Shown: positions 7,911-17,312 of the stretch, piece by piece
How the letters are laid out: every line of letters starts with the position of its first letter
Position numbering within the stretch: the stretch's first letter is position 1
Source: an uncultured Gammaproteobacteria bacterium
GTDB lineage: Bacteria; Patescibacteriota; Microgenomatia; UBA1406; HO2-37-13b
Direction: 5' to 3'
Length of the DNA stretch: 51,446 nucleotides
NCBI GenBank assembly: GCA_964477065.1
Contig: CAYZCU010000001.1
Coordinates: 26,042 to 77,487, forward strand
The notes under the pieces: generated by a model
Told to the model about the DNA's origin: nothing
Databases searched by the model: none
The model's input: only the letters and a program-made list of their open reading frames with translations
Program-made: the position numbers and the translations under genes

Positions 7911-9785
7911 TTATAATTCTCGCATAATTGATCGAACTTTATCTGCAATATGTTCTGCTGTCAAACCTTCATGTGCATATAATTGCTCTGCTGTCCCACT
8001 GTGAGGCATGTGTGTGACAGCACACGAATACACTCTCACGGGGCGCGATGACACGGCTGATCGCACCGCATCTGCAAGTCCTCCCACACCATAATGGTCT
8101 TCAATCGCTACGAGCGCACGCGTTTGAACACCAGCTGTTTGGAGTGTTTGGACATCAATAGGCTGGATACAATACGCATCAATCACACGCGTATATATAT
8201 CTTCTTTTTTGAGAATTTCATGCGCTTTGAGTGCTTCGTACAGTGGCGCACCTGTGGCAACAAGGGTGACAACATCTTTTGGTGATGTCTGCAAGGTCTT
8301 GCTTCCTCCCAATGGAAATTCCTCATGTTCGTCATAGAGCGGTTGGACATCGTTGCGCGTCGTACGCATGTACGTTATGCCCGCATGCTTGATGCATGCT
8401 CGTGCGAGCTTCTCTGTTGAAACATGATCAGCTGGTGACACGACAACAGCATTGTGCAAGGTACGAAATAATGCAATATCTTCAAGGCCCATTTGCGAGA
8501 CACCATCTTGGCCGATTGAGACACCAACATGCGATCCAACACAATGTATCGGAAGACCTGCATACGCTGACATACGTAGCTGATCATAGGCTCGGGTAAA
8601 AAATGCTCCAAAAGTCGATACCCAAGGCATCTTACCTCGTGCTGATAGGCCACACGCGACACCGATCATATTTTGCTCAGCGATGTACATTTCAAAAAAT
8701 CTTTCAGGATAGGCTTTTTTGAAAGACTCTGAAAAGGTTGAATTACTAACCTCAGCATCCAGAACAACCATCTGTGGATACGTCGCATGCATCTGCACAA
8801 GTGCGTGCCCATAAGCTTTTCGAGGAGCAAGAGCACTATCATAGTCTTCTTTGAGCTCCTGCTTTTTTGGAATGTAGGGAGCTGGTTTGCGTTTTTCAGG
8901 AAGAGCCAGATGACCGCGAAGAGACAGATCAACAGGTCCGATCTCATCAAGAGCATCATCGGCTTGTTCGCGTGTCAGCACTTTGCCATGCCATCCTTGG
9001 GCATCTTCGAGGTGTGCAATGCCTTTCCCTTTGACTGTCCGGGCAAGTATCATGATCGGCTTATCAGGTGGTGTCTTTCCCTGCATAATTAATTGGTATG
9101 CCTCTCCAATAGCATGCAGATCATGCCCATCGACTGCCAACGTGTGCCATCCACATGCCTCACATTTTTGTGCATACAAGTCAACATCATACCCATCCAT
9201 AGTTTCTCCGCGTTGGCCTAACCTATTGATGTCTATAATGCCAATCAGGCTGGATAGCTTGTAGTGTGAAGCGATCTGCATCGCCTCCCAATTTGATCCT
9301 TCAGCCATTTCGCTATCCCCCAGAAGGACCCATGTTTTATAGGGAAGGTTATCAAGGTGTTGCGCATTGAGCGCCATTCCCACACCAACTGACAATCCTT
9401 GACCGAGAGACCCTGTGGGGACCTCTGTAAAAGGAAAGTTCATTGTTGGATGTCCCTCAAGCCGGCTTCCAAACTGTCGTAAGGTCAAAAGCTCTTCAGG
9501 ACGAATACCTCCTGCAAGTGCCCACAGCGCATAAAAAAGTGGACTTGCATGGCCTTTTGAAAAAATAAGTCGGTCGTTATTTGGATAGCTTGGATGCTGG
9601 ATATCGTAGCGAAATGACCCACCAAACATAAGTGCGACCATCAGCTCAACGGCAGAGAGAGAGGATGTCAGATGACCTGAACCTGCCTGCGTTGTCGATT
9701 GAATAATCCAATAACGAGCAAGCTGGCAAAGCTTGGCAAGATTATCGGTGGTGGTTTGTACGGTTTCAGAGGATGTGTTCTGCAT
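7911..9785 (-). CDS. tkt: transketolase (fused N- and C-terminal halves)
   Basis: GSGHLTSSLS, GDSEMAEGSNWEA (ThDP motif), EQNMIGVA pyrimidine-binding domain, 624 aa. Confidence 0.85.
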   Translation of the reverse strand: MQNTSSETVQTTTDNLAKLCQLARYWIIQSTTQAGSGHLTSSLSAVELMVALMFGGSFRYDIQHPSYPNNDRLIFSKGHASPLFYALWALAGGIRPEELLTLRQFGSRLEGHPTMNFPFTEVPTGSLGQGLSVGVGMALNAQHLDNLPYKTWVLLGDSEMAEGSNWEAMQIASHYKLSSLIGIIDINRLGQRGETMDGYDVDLYAQKCEACGWHTLAVDGHDLHAIGEAYQLIMQGKTPPDKPIMILARTVKGKGIAHLEDAQGWHGKVLTREQADDALDEIGPVDLSLRGHLALPEKRKPAPYIPKKQELKEDYDSALAPRKAYGHALVQMHATYPQMVVLDAEVSNSTFSESFKKAYPERFFEMYIAEQNMIGVACGLSARGKMPWVSTFGAFFTRAYDQLRMSAYAGLPIHCVGSHVGVSIGQDGVSQMGLEDIALFRTLHNAVVVSPADHVSTEKLARACIKHAGITYMRTTRNDVQPLYDEHEEFPLGGSKTLQTSPKDVVTLVATGAPLYEALKAHEILKKEDIYTRVIDAYCIQPIDVQTLQTAGVQTRALVAIEDHYGVGGLADAVRSAVSSRPVRVYSCAVTHMPHSGTAEQLYAHEGLTAEHIADKVRSIMREL

Positions 9786-9842
9786 GCGTATTTAGAGTAA
9801 TACACCCGCATCCGAAATGCAATTAATGCCTATGCAGACAAG

Positions 9843-10709
9843 CTAACCGCCAAAGAGGGCAACAGAGTACGGACCTCCCCAACCTATCCCAATATCATGC
9901 AACGTGGGATTGATCAAAATAGCCTTGTGTCGAGGGCTGTGCATCCAGCCATCTACGGCTTCTTCGGGGGTGCGAACACGGCACGCGATGATTTCACCAA
10001 CGCCCCCTTGGGTGTATCCTGCCTCCCGAGCTCGATCATCCGGCCACTTGCCCTGTGCATCTTGGTGATTGCAGTGCGCCATAGCTGGGCCCTCTCCCAC
10101 CCACAACGCATGGCTACGGGCTGCCTGTTGCAACGATGTATTCCATCCCACTGGTCCAGCCCCGTTTTCACTTCTGCGCTGGTTGATAAGCGTCAAGGTC
10201 TGCTCTTCCATCTGCTGAGGATTCAATGGCGGTGCAGAGGGCTCTGCAGGGGGTTGAGTCATCTCGGGAGGTCGTTGCGTTGGTGCTCGCGTCGGGCGCT
10301 GGGTTGGTGAGGGCGGTTGTGTCACGGATGCGGTTGGACGACGTGTGACCTGGGGCAAAGAGGTAATGGTCGGCGTCGGCACAGCGGTCACCAATGGCAC
10401 GGGTGTCAACTGCGTATCACTGACAGGAATGTTAAACACATAGGGCGCAGGATACAGTGGATCAGACTCATCAACCGTATCTGTCGGCTGGCGGGATCGA
10501 ACTGCTGATGCCAGCAAGCTGATATTATGGGGAAGGTCTTGGATTGACTCGACGATGCGCGCCGGTGCGTGAGCAACTGATCGTCGAAAGGCCGGTTGAA
10601 CTATCGGAAGTGGTCCAAGAAAGACATAGTTCACCAATCCCCATGACACCATAAACCCAAGCACCTGACCAAGGACGAGCTTCCAATACCGATGCACGAG
10701 GTCTTTCAT
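9843..10709 (-). CDS. membrane-anchored CAP/SCP (PR-1-like, YkwD-like) domain protein with Pro/Thr linker
   Basis: N-terminal TM segment, P/T/Q-rich linker, and a C-terminal CAP signature GWMHSPRHKAILINPTLHDIGIGW. Confidence 0.7.
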   Translation of the reverse strand: MKDLVHRYWKLVLGQVLGFMVSWGLVNYVFLGPLPIVQPAFRRSVAHAPARIVESIQDLPHNISLLASAVRSRQPTDTVDESDPLYPAPYVFNIPVSDTQLTPVPLVTAVPTPTITSLPQVTRRPTASVTQPPSPTQRPTRAPTQRPPEMTQPPAEPSAPPLNPQQMEEQTLTLINQRRSENGAGPVGWNTSLQQAARSHALWVGEGPAMAHCNHQDAQGKWPDDRAREAGYTQGGVGEIIACRVRTPEEAVDGWMHSPRHKAILINPTLHDIGIGWGGPYSVALFGG

Positions 10710-10711
10710 GA

Positions 10712-11245
10712 TTAGTGTTCCTCAATATTAATTATATGTTGAGCCGTATCATGCTTCACCGTCAGGCTATACGTATATTCTTTCAAGGCATCATGATCTT
10801 TCGATTCAATTAATTCGAGACCTTCAACCCCGGACGTATTTTTGAGGTACACAGCGATAGCTTTATCCGATGAACCAATCACCTTGAGGGTATAGAGTGT
10901 CTCTTGCGGAGGGGTGAGGAGGATCCATGTGACAGTCCCCAACATCGCATCTGGCATACTTTCAGAATGGGGAATGTCATTGCGCAGGCCTGTCAGAGTC
11001 GATCCAGATATACGACCTTGACTATCAATGAGTTCAACTCGCTGACCATCAGGAATAGCTATTTTCAAGGTACTCTCCACGGATTGTGGGGCAACGGTTG
11101 GTTGCGGGAGTGGCGTCACAGCTGTGAGCCGTCGGGTAGGTAAGGGTTGGGCGGGCTGTTGTGGTATCAACCTATCTCGGAACATACCAAAGCCTATAAC
11201 ACAGATCATGGATATGAAGAAAAAAAGCGCGGTAACTTTCGTCAT
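10712..11245 (-). CDS. hypothetical membrane-anchored extracytoplasmic protein
   Basis: N-terminal TM segment (ALFFFISMICVIGFGMF) followed by a beta-rich domain. Tightly packed between ApbE and the CAP gene. Confidence 0.45.
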   Translation of the reverse strand: MTKVTALFFFISMICVIGFGMFRDRLIPQQPAQPLPTRRLTAVTPLPQPTVAPQSVESTLKIAIPDGQRVELIDSQGRISGSTLTGLRNDIPHSESMPDAMLGTVTWILLTPPQETLYTLKVIGSSDKAIAVYLKNTSGVEGLELIESKDHDALKEYTYSLTVKHDTAQHIINIEEH

Positions 11246-11266
11246 ACTTCATTATATACAGGTTAC

Positions 11267-12148
11267 CTATGAAAATACCTCTCCCTGCCATCCAGGAGAA
11301 TGAACGACCTGCATATCCTGATTAACGAGAACATATTCGAAATCAAAATGGTCACGAAGGTCATCGGGGGGTATTAAAAATAGGGTTGTTGCAAGAGCAT
11401 CTGCATACATCGCACTCTCTGCCACAACCCACGTCGCACGTATATACTCTGGAGACTGCAACGTATGTGGATCAATAATATGATGTTGCTTTCCCCACGT
11501 TCGCCGATTGCTTCCTGAGCTTGCGATTGCTTGATTGTTCAGCATACATATGCCTATTGCCTGGTCCGGATTTTCAGGATGCTCTAAACCGACACGCAGA
11601 CTGGATGATCCAACATGTTTCATATCCCCACTTCCATTGACCGATATGGACGTGTAACCCTTTTTAGTTAGCAGCTCAATCAACAGATCGACCGCACAGC
11701 CTTTCCCAACAGCGCCAAAATCAATGGCAACGGGGCAGGCAAGCTCTATTTCAGCATCATTGATGATCGTGATGACATCAGTGAGCAGAGGGGCATTTCT
11801 GACAACTGATTTTCTTGTGAGTGAATATGAGGCGTCATATCCCATATCCTCAAGCACCTCAGCGATACATGGATTAAACACTCCATGGGTAATCTGCGAA
11901 AGTTGAAAACATAGATGCACCATCATCATGAATGGCTTCGGGACACTGACACGCCCTTGAGTGTGCCGAAGCTGACTCACAAACGAGTCCTGCTTAAACC
12001 GAGAATAGGTTGCTTCGAAATCATCTAAAAAATCCTCGATCACGTGAGTAAGTGATTCATGCTGTGAAGGAGGACAGGCATCGACATCTATGTCCCATGG
12101 CGAGCCCATCGCGTGATGCGTCATATGAAAACGTTCATCACGAGCCAT
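11267..12148 (-). CDS. apbE: FAD:protein FMN transferase (ApbE family)
   Basis: MGSPWDIDV, AIASSGSNRRTWGKQHHIIDPHT and ADALATTLF are ApbE hallmarks. No obvious signal peptide. Confidence 0.75.
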   Translation of the reverse strand: MARDERFHMTHHAMGSPWDIDVDACPPSQHESLTHVIEDFLDDFEATYSRFKQDSFVSQLRHTQGRVSVPKPFMMMVHLCFQLSQITHGVFNPCIAEVLEDMGYDASYSLTRKSVVRNAPLLTDVITIINDAEIELACPVAIDFGAVGKGCAVDLLIELLTKKGYTSISVNGSGDMKHVGSSSLRVGLEHPENPDQAIGICMLNNQAIASSGSNRRTWGKQHHIIDPHTLQSPEYIRATWVVAESAMYADALATTLFLIPPDDLRDHFDFEYVLVNQDMQVVHSPGWQGEVFS

Positions 12149-12150
12149 AG

Positions 12151-12606
12151 CTATCCTTGAGCTTGTTTGACAATTTGGGCAACAGCATCGTTGAAGCCTT
12201 GTGGCGTCAATGATGAAGCGGCGACTTTTTCAAGTTTCAGGGTGCGAATATCTTTGCCTACGACTTGTGGGGCAAAAGCATCCTTAAAAATTCCTTGGAA
12301 GCGTGCCGTCGTATCGTTAGACGGGACAACCGTCACTTCTGCTGTTACGATAGTATTATTTTTGATCTGCAGTTTGACACCGAGGGATTCTTCACCTTCT
12401 GGAGATTGATAGTGCCCTGTTGAGGTATACGTCCCATCTTTGAGCATAGAATCCACACGTGGTGGTTGTGCTTGGTCACTAGGCAGAGCAGTAATCTGCG
12501 TTGTCACTGCATCCCCCTGTGGCTTTTGTGTTGAGGAGTATTGAAAGACAGCGATACCAATAATTGCAAATGCGACTATAGCGAGCCCGAGTGTTTTAGA
12601 ATTCAT
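12151..12606 (-). CDS. membrane-anchored FMN-binding-domain-like protein (candidate ApbE substrate)
   Basis: N-terminal TM segment. DGTYTSTGHYQSPEGEESLGVKLQIKNNTIVTAEV...LEKVAASSLTPQGFNDAVAQ follows the FMN_bind domain layout. The canonical SGAT flavinylation motif is degenerate (AASS). Confidence 0.5.
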   Translation of the reverse strand: MNSKTLGLAIVAFAIIGIAVFQYSSTQKPQGDAVTTQITALPSDQAQPPRVDSMLKDGTYTSTGHYQSPEGEESLGVKLQIKNNTIVTAEVTVVPSNDTTARFQGIFKDAFAPQVVGKDIRTLKLEKVAASSLTPQGFNDAVAQIVKQAQG

Positions 12607-12635
12607 ATCTGTTTGTAAATGTGTAACAATCGTTC

Positions 12636-12641
12636 TAGAAT
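12636..12641 (+). promoter_or_regulatory. -10 box TAGAAT, 9 nt upstream of ATG 12651
   Basis: TCTAGAATggtttggtcATG; fits the short-leader or leaderless pattern of this window. Confidence 0.4.
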
Positions 12642-12650
12642 GGTTTGGTC

Positions 12651-13526
12651 ATGATAACACAGTTACTGCAACGCTTCAATCTCAAAAGCACGCTTGTTCA
12701 ATGTGCGATCTTATTGAGTATTTTCGCACTTCTTGCTTGTCTCGATCTTGGGAGCTTTGCACTTCAAGGATACACGGGGTTTATGCTGATGATACTTATG
12801 ACCGTTGGGGTATCCCATATTGTCCAAACTCACGCTCCCCTTATCGGCTTCCAAACAGTCAATCTATACATATCATATATGTTGCTCTTTTTGCTTATCC
12901 ACCCGATACATTCCTCACTCTGGCTCATTTTTGCAGGGCTGGTCCTGATTGCACAAAAATATCTCCTTCGACCTGCCATACGCATTTTTAACCCGACCGC
13001 TTTTGCACTTCTGATAACGTATCTCGCAAGCACTATCACGCACGCTCTTGGATGGACAGATACTTTACTCATCTCCTGGTGGGGGACAGATATGATTCAA
13101 AGTGAGATTTTTACGACAGGACTTCTGAGAATAATCATCCCCTCTCTTTTACTCATTGGCTGTGTCTATTTTGTGATGAGCTTTCATAAAGTGCTCCTTG
13201 CATCAACTTTTTTTATGACATTTACCGCTGGTGTTCTTATGCATGATTTGAGCACAACCTTCTCATCCACTGCATCACTTACGTTTATCACCGCATCGTT
13301 TTTTAATGCAATCGCATTTATGACCTGTATCATGATCTGTGAACCCAAAACATCCCCTGCATTTACCAAACATCAAGCACTCATAGGTGTCCTTGGAGGC
13401 GGGCTCCTCTACCTTCTCACACGCACCCCAGCTTCCACATTTGCCATTGCAGATCCGCTGATCACAACAATTCTTCTCGTCAACCTCATCACCTACCCTC
13501 TCAAGAAATATGGCATACTGAAATAA
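12651..13526 (+). CDS. NqrB/RnfD-family-like polytopic membrane protein (stand-alone)
   Basis: Multi-TM protein. IFNPTAFALL and ICEPKTSPAFTKHQALIGVLGG resemble the NPA... and TDPxTSP motifs of NqrB/RnfD. I did not see the SGAT flavinylation site. An alternative TTG start is at 12645. Confidence 0.5.
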   Translation: MITQLLQRFNLKSTLVQCAILLSIFALLACLDLGSFALQGYTGFMLMILMTVGVSHIVQTHAPLIGFQTVNLYISYMLLFLLIHPIHSSLWLIFAGLVLIAQKYLLRPAIRIFNPTAFALLITYLASTITHALGWTDTLLISWWGTDMIQSEIFTTGLLRIIIPSLLLIGCVYFVMSFHKVLLASTFFMTFTAGVLMHDLSTTFSSTASLTFITASFFNAIAFMTCIMICEPKTSPAFTKHQALIGVLGGGLLYLLTRTPASTFAIADPLITTILLVNLITYPLKKYGILK

Positions 13527-14422
13527 TGAATTTTTTTAAGCACCATATGTGGGCAGTCGTCCTCACTGGATTAATCGTGAGCTTCACCTTTCCAGCAATA
13601 GGTATCCTCATCAGCCCATTCCTTCATCCACTCTTTATGTACCTGATGTTTTTGAGTACGTTGACAATTAATGTCCCTCTACTCATCAAAGATGCGCAAC
13701 ACCCACAAAAAAGTTTGTTCGTATTGCTGATTATTCATATCGTTTCTCCACTAATTGTGTTTCTTTGTAAGCCCCTCTTTTCACAGGAGATTTTCCTTGG
13801 GCTTATCATTGCAACAAGCGTGCCAAGTGGGGTATCTGCAATTTTCTTGACACATCTTTTCAAAGGAGATACAACGCGAGCGCTGTTTACCACAAGCCTT
13901 TCAAACATGATTACGCCCTTTGTTGTGCCTTTAAGCATCTATATTTTTGCTCATACTGAAGTTGACGTGCATCCTGTAGGTATGATGGTAACAGCGATTA
14001 AACTCATATTCATCCCTGCAATCTGTGCTCACTATGTCGCCAAAACGTCTTGGAAAGCACGCTTAGAAAAAAATAACACAGAGGTTATGCTTGCACTGTT
14101 GTTGCTCATCATTGTAGGAATTATTGCACCTGTCAGATCATATCTGACGGATAATATATTGTTGACACTCACCTTGTGCGCATATGTTGGAACATTGATC
14201 AGTTTTGATTTTATCTTAGGATTTCGTCTCGGTTCGCACACGTCTGAAAAAATCGCCTACGCAATTACGGCCAGCTTTCGAAGCTTTGCGCTTGCGACAT
14301 TGCTTGCGCTTACGTATTTCAATGGCGTCGTTGCACTTCCTGCAATTACGTATACCATTATGACCAGTCTTCTACTCATTCCTATGCAATGGTTTATTGA
14401 AGGTCAGCACACTGCACGCTGA
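13526..14422 (+). CDS. bile acid:Na+ symporter (BASS/SBF-like) family transporter
   Basis: About 9-10 TM segments. SVPSGVSAIFLTHLFKGDT resembles the BASS signature. TAATG overlap with the upstream gene. Confidence 0.6.
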   Translation: MNFFKHHMWAVVLTGLIVSFTFPAIGILISPFLHPLFMYLMFLSTLTINVPLLIKDAQHPQKSLFVLLIIHIVSPLIVFLCKPLFSQEIFLGLIIATSVPSGVSAIFLTHLFKGDTTRALFTTSLSNMITPFVVPLSIYIFAHTEVDVHPVGMMVTAIKLIFIPAICAHYVAKTSWKARLEKNNTEVMLALLLLIIVGIIAPVRSYLTDNILLTLTLCAYVGTLISFDFILGFRLGSHTSEKIAYAITASFRSFALATLLALTYFNGVVALPAITYTIMTSLLLIPMQWFIEGQHTAR

Positions 14423-14423
14423 G

Positions 14424-14471
14424 CAAAAAAAAGCCACGGCTGAAAAGATATTCATAACCGTGGCTTAAAAA
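14424..14471. terminator. bidirectional intrinsic terminator between convergent genes
   Basis: A8-GCCACGG (14433..14439), loop, CCGTGGC (14458..14464), then TTAAAAAA. Flanked by A/T runs on both sides. Confidence 0.6.
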
Positions 14472-14473
14472 AG

Positions 14474-14659
14474 TTATTTCTTTTTTTTTGTTGCTGGCTT
14501 TCGAACGGTTTTCTTTACCGTCTTTTTTACTGCCTTCTTAACTGTCTTTTTGGCAGGTTTCTTAACTACTTTTTTGACTGTCTTTTTAACAGCTTTCTTT
14601 ACAGTAGCTTTTTTTGGAGCAGCTTTCTTGGTTGTTGTCTTTTTTGTAGCTTTCTTCAT
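14474..14659 (-). CDS. histone H1/Hc1-like lysine/alanine-rich DNA-binding protein
   Basis: MKKATKKTTTKKAAPKKATVKKAVKK... is a low-complexity K/A/T/V repeat. A strong SD (GGAAGGAGGTGG) lies 6-8 nt upstream of the ATG at 14659. Confidence 0.65.
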   Translation of the reverse strand: MKKATKKTTTKKAAPKKATVKKAVKKTVKKVVKKPAKKTVKKAVKKTVKKTVRKPATKKKK

Positions 14660-14821
14660 GTAACCCACCTCCTTCCGAATGTACAAATATCATTGAGCTC
14701 ATTTTGCCTCAACACTCTGGCGTGCTGTAGCGCATTGATCTCACATATTTCATGGTACTCTGTCAGCAAAAGTAATTACAAGTGGTAAATACGTTTCGCA
14801 GTGTGGTAACGTGTTAACGAT

Positions 14822-15544
14822 ATGAAATTGTTTGATCTGATCGTCACCGTAAATACTGGTCTTATTGGAGGAGCAACGCTCATTGGACTTGTGAGTTCGC
14901 CATTTTTTTATTCCACACCGACAGCAGTTGAGGCACCACAGGTAGCACAGAAGCCAGTTACATCAGCAGTTGTTGCAGGAGCATATACCCATATCCTTCC
15001 TACGATGACACCAACCCCGACACCAACTCCACGTATCGTGAGTGATCCAATTCACATTGATATTCCTAACTTGAGCATCTCAACAGACATAGTGCCTGTT
15101 GGCATCACTCCTCAAAATGTGATGGAAGTGCCAAGTGACACAACAAAAATCGGCTGGTTTTCGGGGAGTCCAAAGCCTGGTGAAGAACTGGATCGTGCGT
15201 CGATTTTGACAGGACACTTTGACACAACCAGTGGAGAGCCGGGGATTTTTTATCAGCTTGAGACAATTGAATATGGCGATGAGATCCATATTCGAAGTGT
15301 CGATGGATCGACCTCTGTTTTCACAGTTACTGATGTCGTCAGTCATCCTCTTGAGGATTTTCCACAAGAAATTGTCTATGGAAAAACAGATGGGACGTAT
15401 ATCAAACTTATCACCTGTGATGGAGTTTGGAATCCAGGGGCACATTCGTATTCACAACGGCTTGTTGTGACAGCCAAATTTGACCATATCCTGGATACAG
15501 TTACAACGCAAAGTGACTCTGAGGCTCTACAACCTTTAAACTAG
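14822..15544 (+). CDS. sortase (class E/F-like transpeptidase)
   Basis: N-terminal TM segment, ILTGHFD (catalytic His), IKLITCDG (TLxTC Cys) and RLVVTAKF (Arg). Confidence 0.8.
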   Translation: MKLFDLIVTVNTGLIGGATLIGLVSSPFFYSTPTAVEAPQVAQKPVTSAVVAGAYTHILPTMTPTPTPTPRIVSDPIHIDIPNLSISTDIVPVGITPQNVMEVPSDTTKIGWFSGSPKPGEELDRASILTGHFDTTSGEPGIFYQLETIEYGDEIHIRSVDGSTSVFTVTDVVSHPLEDFPQEIVYGKTDGTYIKLITCDGVWNPGAHSYSQRLVVTAKFDHILDTVTTQSDSEALQPLN

Positions 15545-15588
15545 TTGCTTTTTTATAGCGAATCGCGCACAATGATTCTAGACGTCTT

Positions 15589-16338
15589 ATGAATGAACCA
15601 CAGGTGCCAGAATTTCAGTCAACAACTCCCTCAACTGGTGAAGGGCATTTTACCCCATTGCCAGAAGCCAAACCCTCATCTGGACGCAAACCATTTCTCA
15701 TTGGATTGACTCTATTGATAGCAATCATTTTGCCTGTCGCAGGATTTTATGTATACACACAGAAACAAACAACGAATAGTCAAGCATCTGTACCGGCTTG
15801 TCACACAGGGGCACCACCTTTGCCTCCAGATCCATCATGCTATACAGGTTCAGCGCCATCGAGTTTAGGAGATAACAACTGGACATCATGTGGATCTCCT
15901 GCAGAAGGAACCTGTAAAAAGAAGAACGGCGCATGTTATGAATGTCGAGACCGATTTGAAGGTCTGCGTATCATTTGTTCCTGTACTGAACCGACTCCAA
16001 CTCCTGAAAAACCAAAAGACTGTGTGAGTCCGCTTACATGTATGGACCCCGCAGAAGCGACAGCGCTTGGTTGTGCCCCATCCTCGGATCTTTCAAATTC
16101 AAATATGTGTTCACGAGATGGAGGTAGTTCACTCAATGGTGTCTGTTGTAAGAAAGAAATACCAACACCATCTCCAACGCCAACACCAACACGAGAGCCA
16201 TCACCAACGCCGACACCAACTCCCACGCCGACGCCAACACCTACCGTCACACCAACACCGACGATTACTCAGGCATGTGTCCTTCCCGTCATAACAGTTA
16301 CCGCCACGTGTGCTACGTGTAGTAGTCCAGCACAATAA
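15589..16338 (+). CDS. Cys-rich surface/secreted protein with (PT)n linker and N-terminal anchor; no sorting signal
   Basis: N-terminal TM segment, many Cys, and a PTPSPTPTPT...PTPTPTPTPTPTVTPTPT run. Ends ...CATCSSPAQ without LPXTG or a TM segment. Confidence 0.6.
   Translation: MNEPQVPEFQSTTPSTGEGHFTPLPEAKPSSGRKPFLIGLTLLIAIILPVAGFYVYTQKQTTNSQASVPACHTGAPPLPPDPSCYTGSAPSSLGDNNWTSCGSPAEGTCKKKNGACYECRDRFEGLRIICSCTEPTPTPEKPKDCVSPLTCMDPAEATALGCAPSSDLSNSNMCSRDGGSSLNGVCCKKEIPTPSPTPTPTREPSPTPTPTPTPTPTPTVTPTPTITQACVLPVITVTATCATCSSPAQ
16159..16272 (+). repeat. in-frame (Pro-Thr)n coding microsatellite-like repeat
   Basis: Tandem ccaacR/ccgacR hexamers encoding PTPTPT. Confidence 0.8.
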
Positions 16339-16340
16339 TC

Positions 16341-17303
16341 ATGAAAGTTTTAAATCAAAACACACAACCAACGACGACAAGCACACCATCAGGACATTCT
16401 TCACGTCGTACAACATTTATTCTCATTGGTATTGCTGTTTTGCTTATCAGTCTTGTGGTCGGACTTCTGCTTTCCCGACAAAAGCAAACAACTGAGAACA
16501 AAGCGAGTGAAGTTGGCCCATCATGTCCACTTGAAGCGTTTACATGTACCTGGAAGAAAGAAACAGGTGTCACATATACATGTACCATCCTTGAAGTTAC
16601 TGCCTCAGGAGCTGTAGAAGTAGCTCACCCAGACGTCAAAGATGGCGCAACATCTGCTGATGGTCTCTGTGCTTTTACCCCACAAGCCAACAAAACATAC
16701 CGCTGTCAAATTCAAGGCACGTTGTTTGAAGGCTGTTCATCGACGGCAACAGCTGATATGACCTGCTCAACGCTTTCACCAACGCCAACACCGACGCCTA
16801 CGGCCACTCCAATGCCGACACCGAATCCAAAATGTTACATCACATCGTGTAATCCACAAACTGCCAATCACTGTACGACGCTTGGACTTCCAAATCATTC
16901 ATGTGTTGATACTGACTTAACAACCGCAGGAACAGATTATCGCTGTGTTTCAAACCCGGCTTGCACGACACCTTCATCAACAGATCCTGCAGCATGCTGG
17001 TGTGCTGTTCCAACACCGACCGTCACACCGACGCCAACGGCAACTCCTACTGTCACCCCAACACCAACCGTCACGCCAACCGTGACGCCGACACCAACTT
17101 CGACCCCAACCGTGACACCAACGCCAACAACAACGCCGAAGCCGACAGATATTATTGTCGTCAACAACACAACAACACCGACTCCAACAGCCGGTGTCAC
17201 CACAACACCAGTGCCAACATTACCTGTTGCAGGCCTTCCACAGGCAACATACTTGATCATATTGGCAGGTATCGTTGTTGTTGTCGTGGGACTGGCACTC
17301 TAA
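16341..17303 (+). CDS. Cys-rich PT-repeat surface protein with LPVAG + C-terminal TM (sortase substrate candidate)
   Basis: N-terminal TM segment, two Cys-rich modules separated by PT runs, and a C-terminal PTLPVAGLPQATYLIILAGIVVVVVGLAL. Confidence 0.65.
   Translation: MKVLNQNTQPTTTSTPSGHSSRRTTFILIGIAVLLISLVVGLLLSRQKQTTENKASEVGPSCPLEAFTCTWKKETGVTYTCTILEVTASGAVEVAHPDVKDGATSADGLCAFTPQANKTYRCQIQGTLFEGCSSTATADMTCSTLSPTPTPTPTATPMPTPNPKCYITSCNPQTANHCTTLGLPNHSCVDTDLTTAGTDYRCVSNPACTTPSSTDPAACWCAVPTPTVTPTPTATPTVTPTPTVTPTVTPTPTSTPTVTPTPTTTPKPTDIIVVNNTTTPTPTAGVTTTPVPTLPVAGLPQATYLIILAGIVVVVVGLAL
17008..17148 (+). repeat. in-frame (Pro-Thr/Val-Thr)n coding repeat
   Basis: PTPTVTPTPTATPTVTPTPTVTPTVTPTPTSTPTVTPTPTTTPKPT, encoded by degenerate hexamer repeats. 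Confidence 0.8.
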
Positions 17304-17312
17304 TGAAGACCT

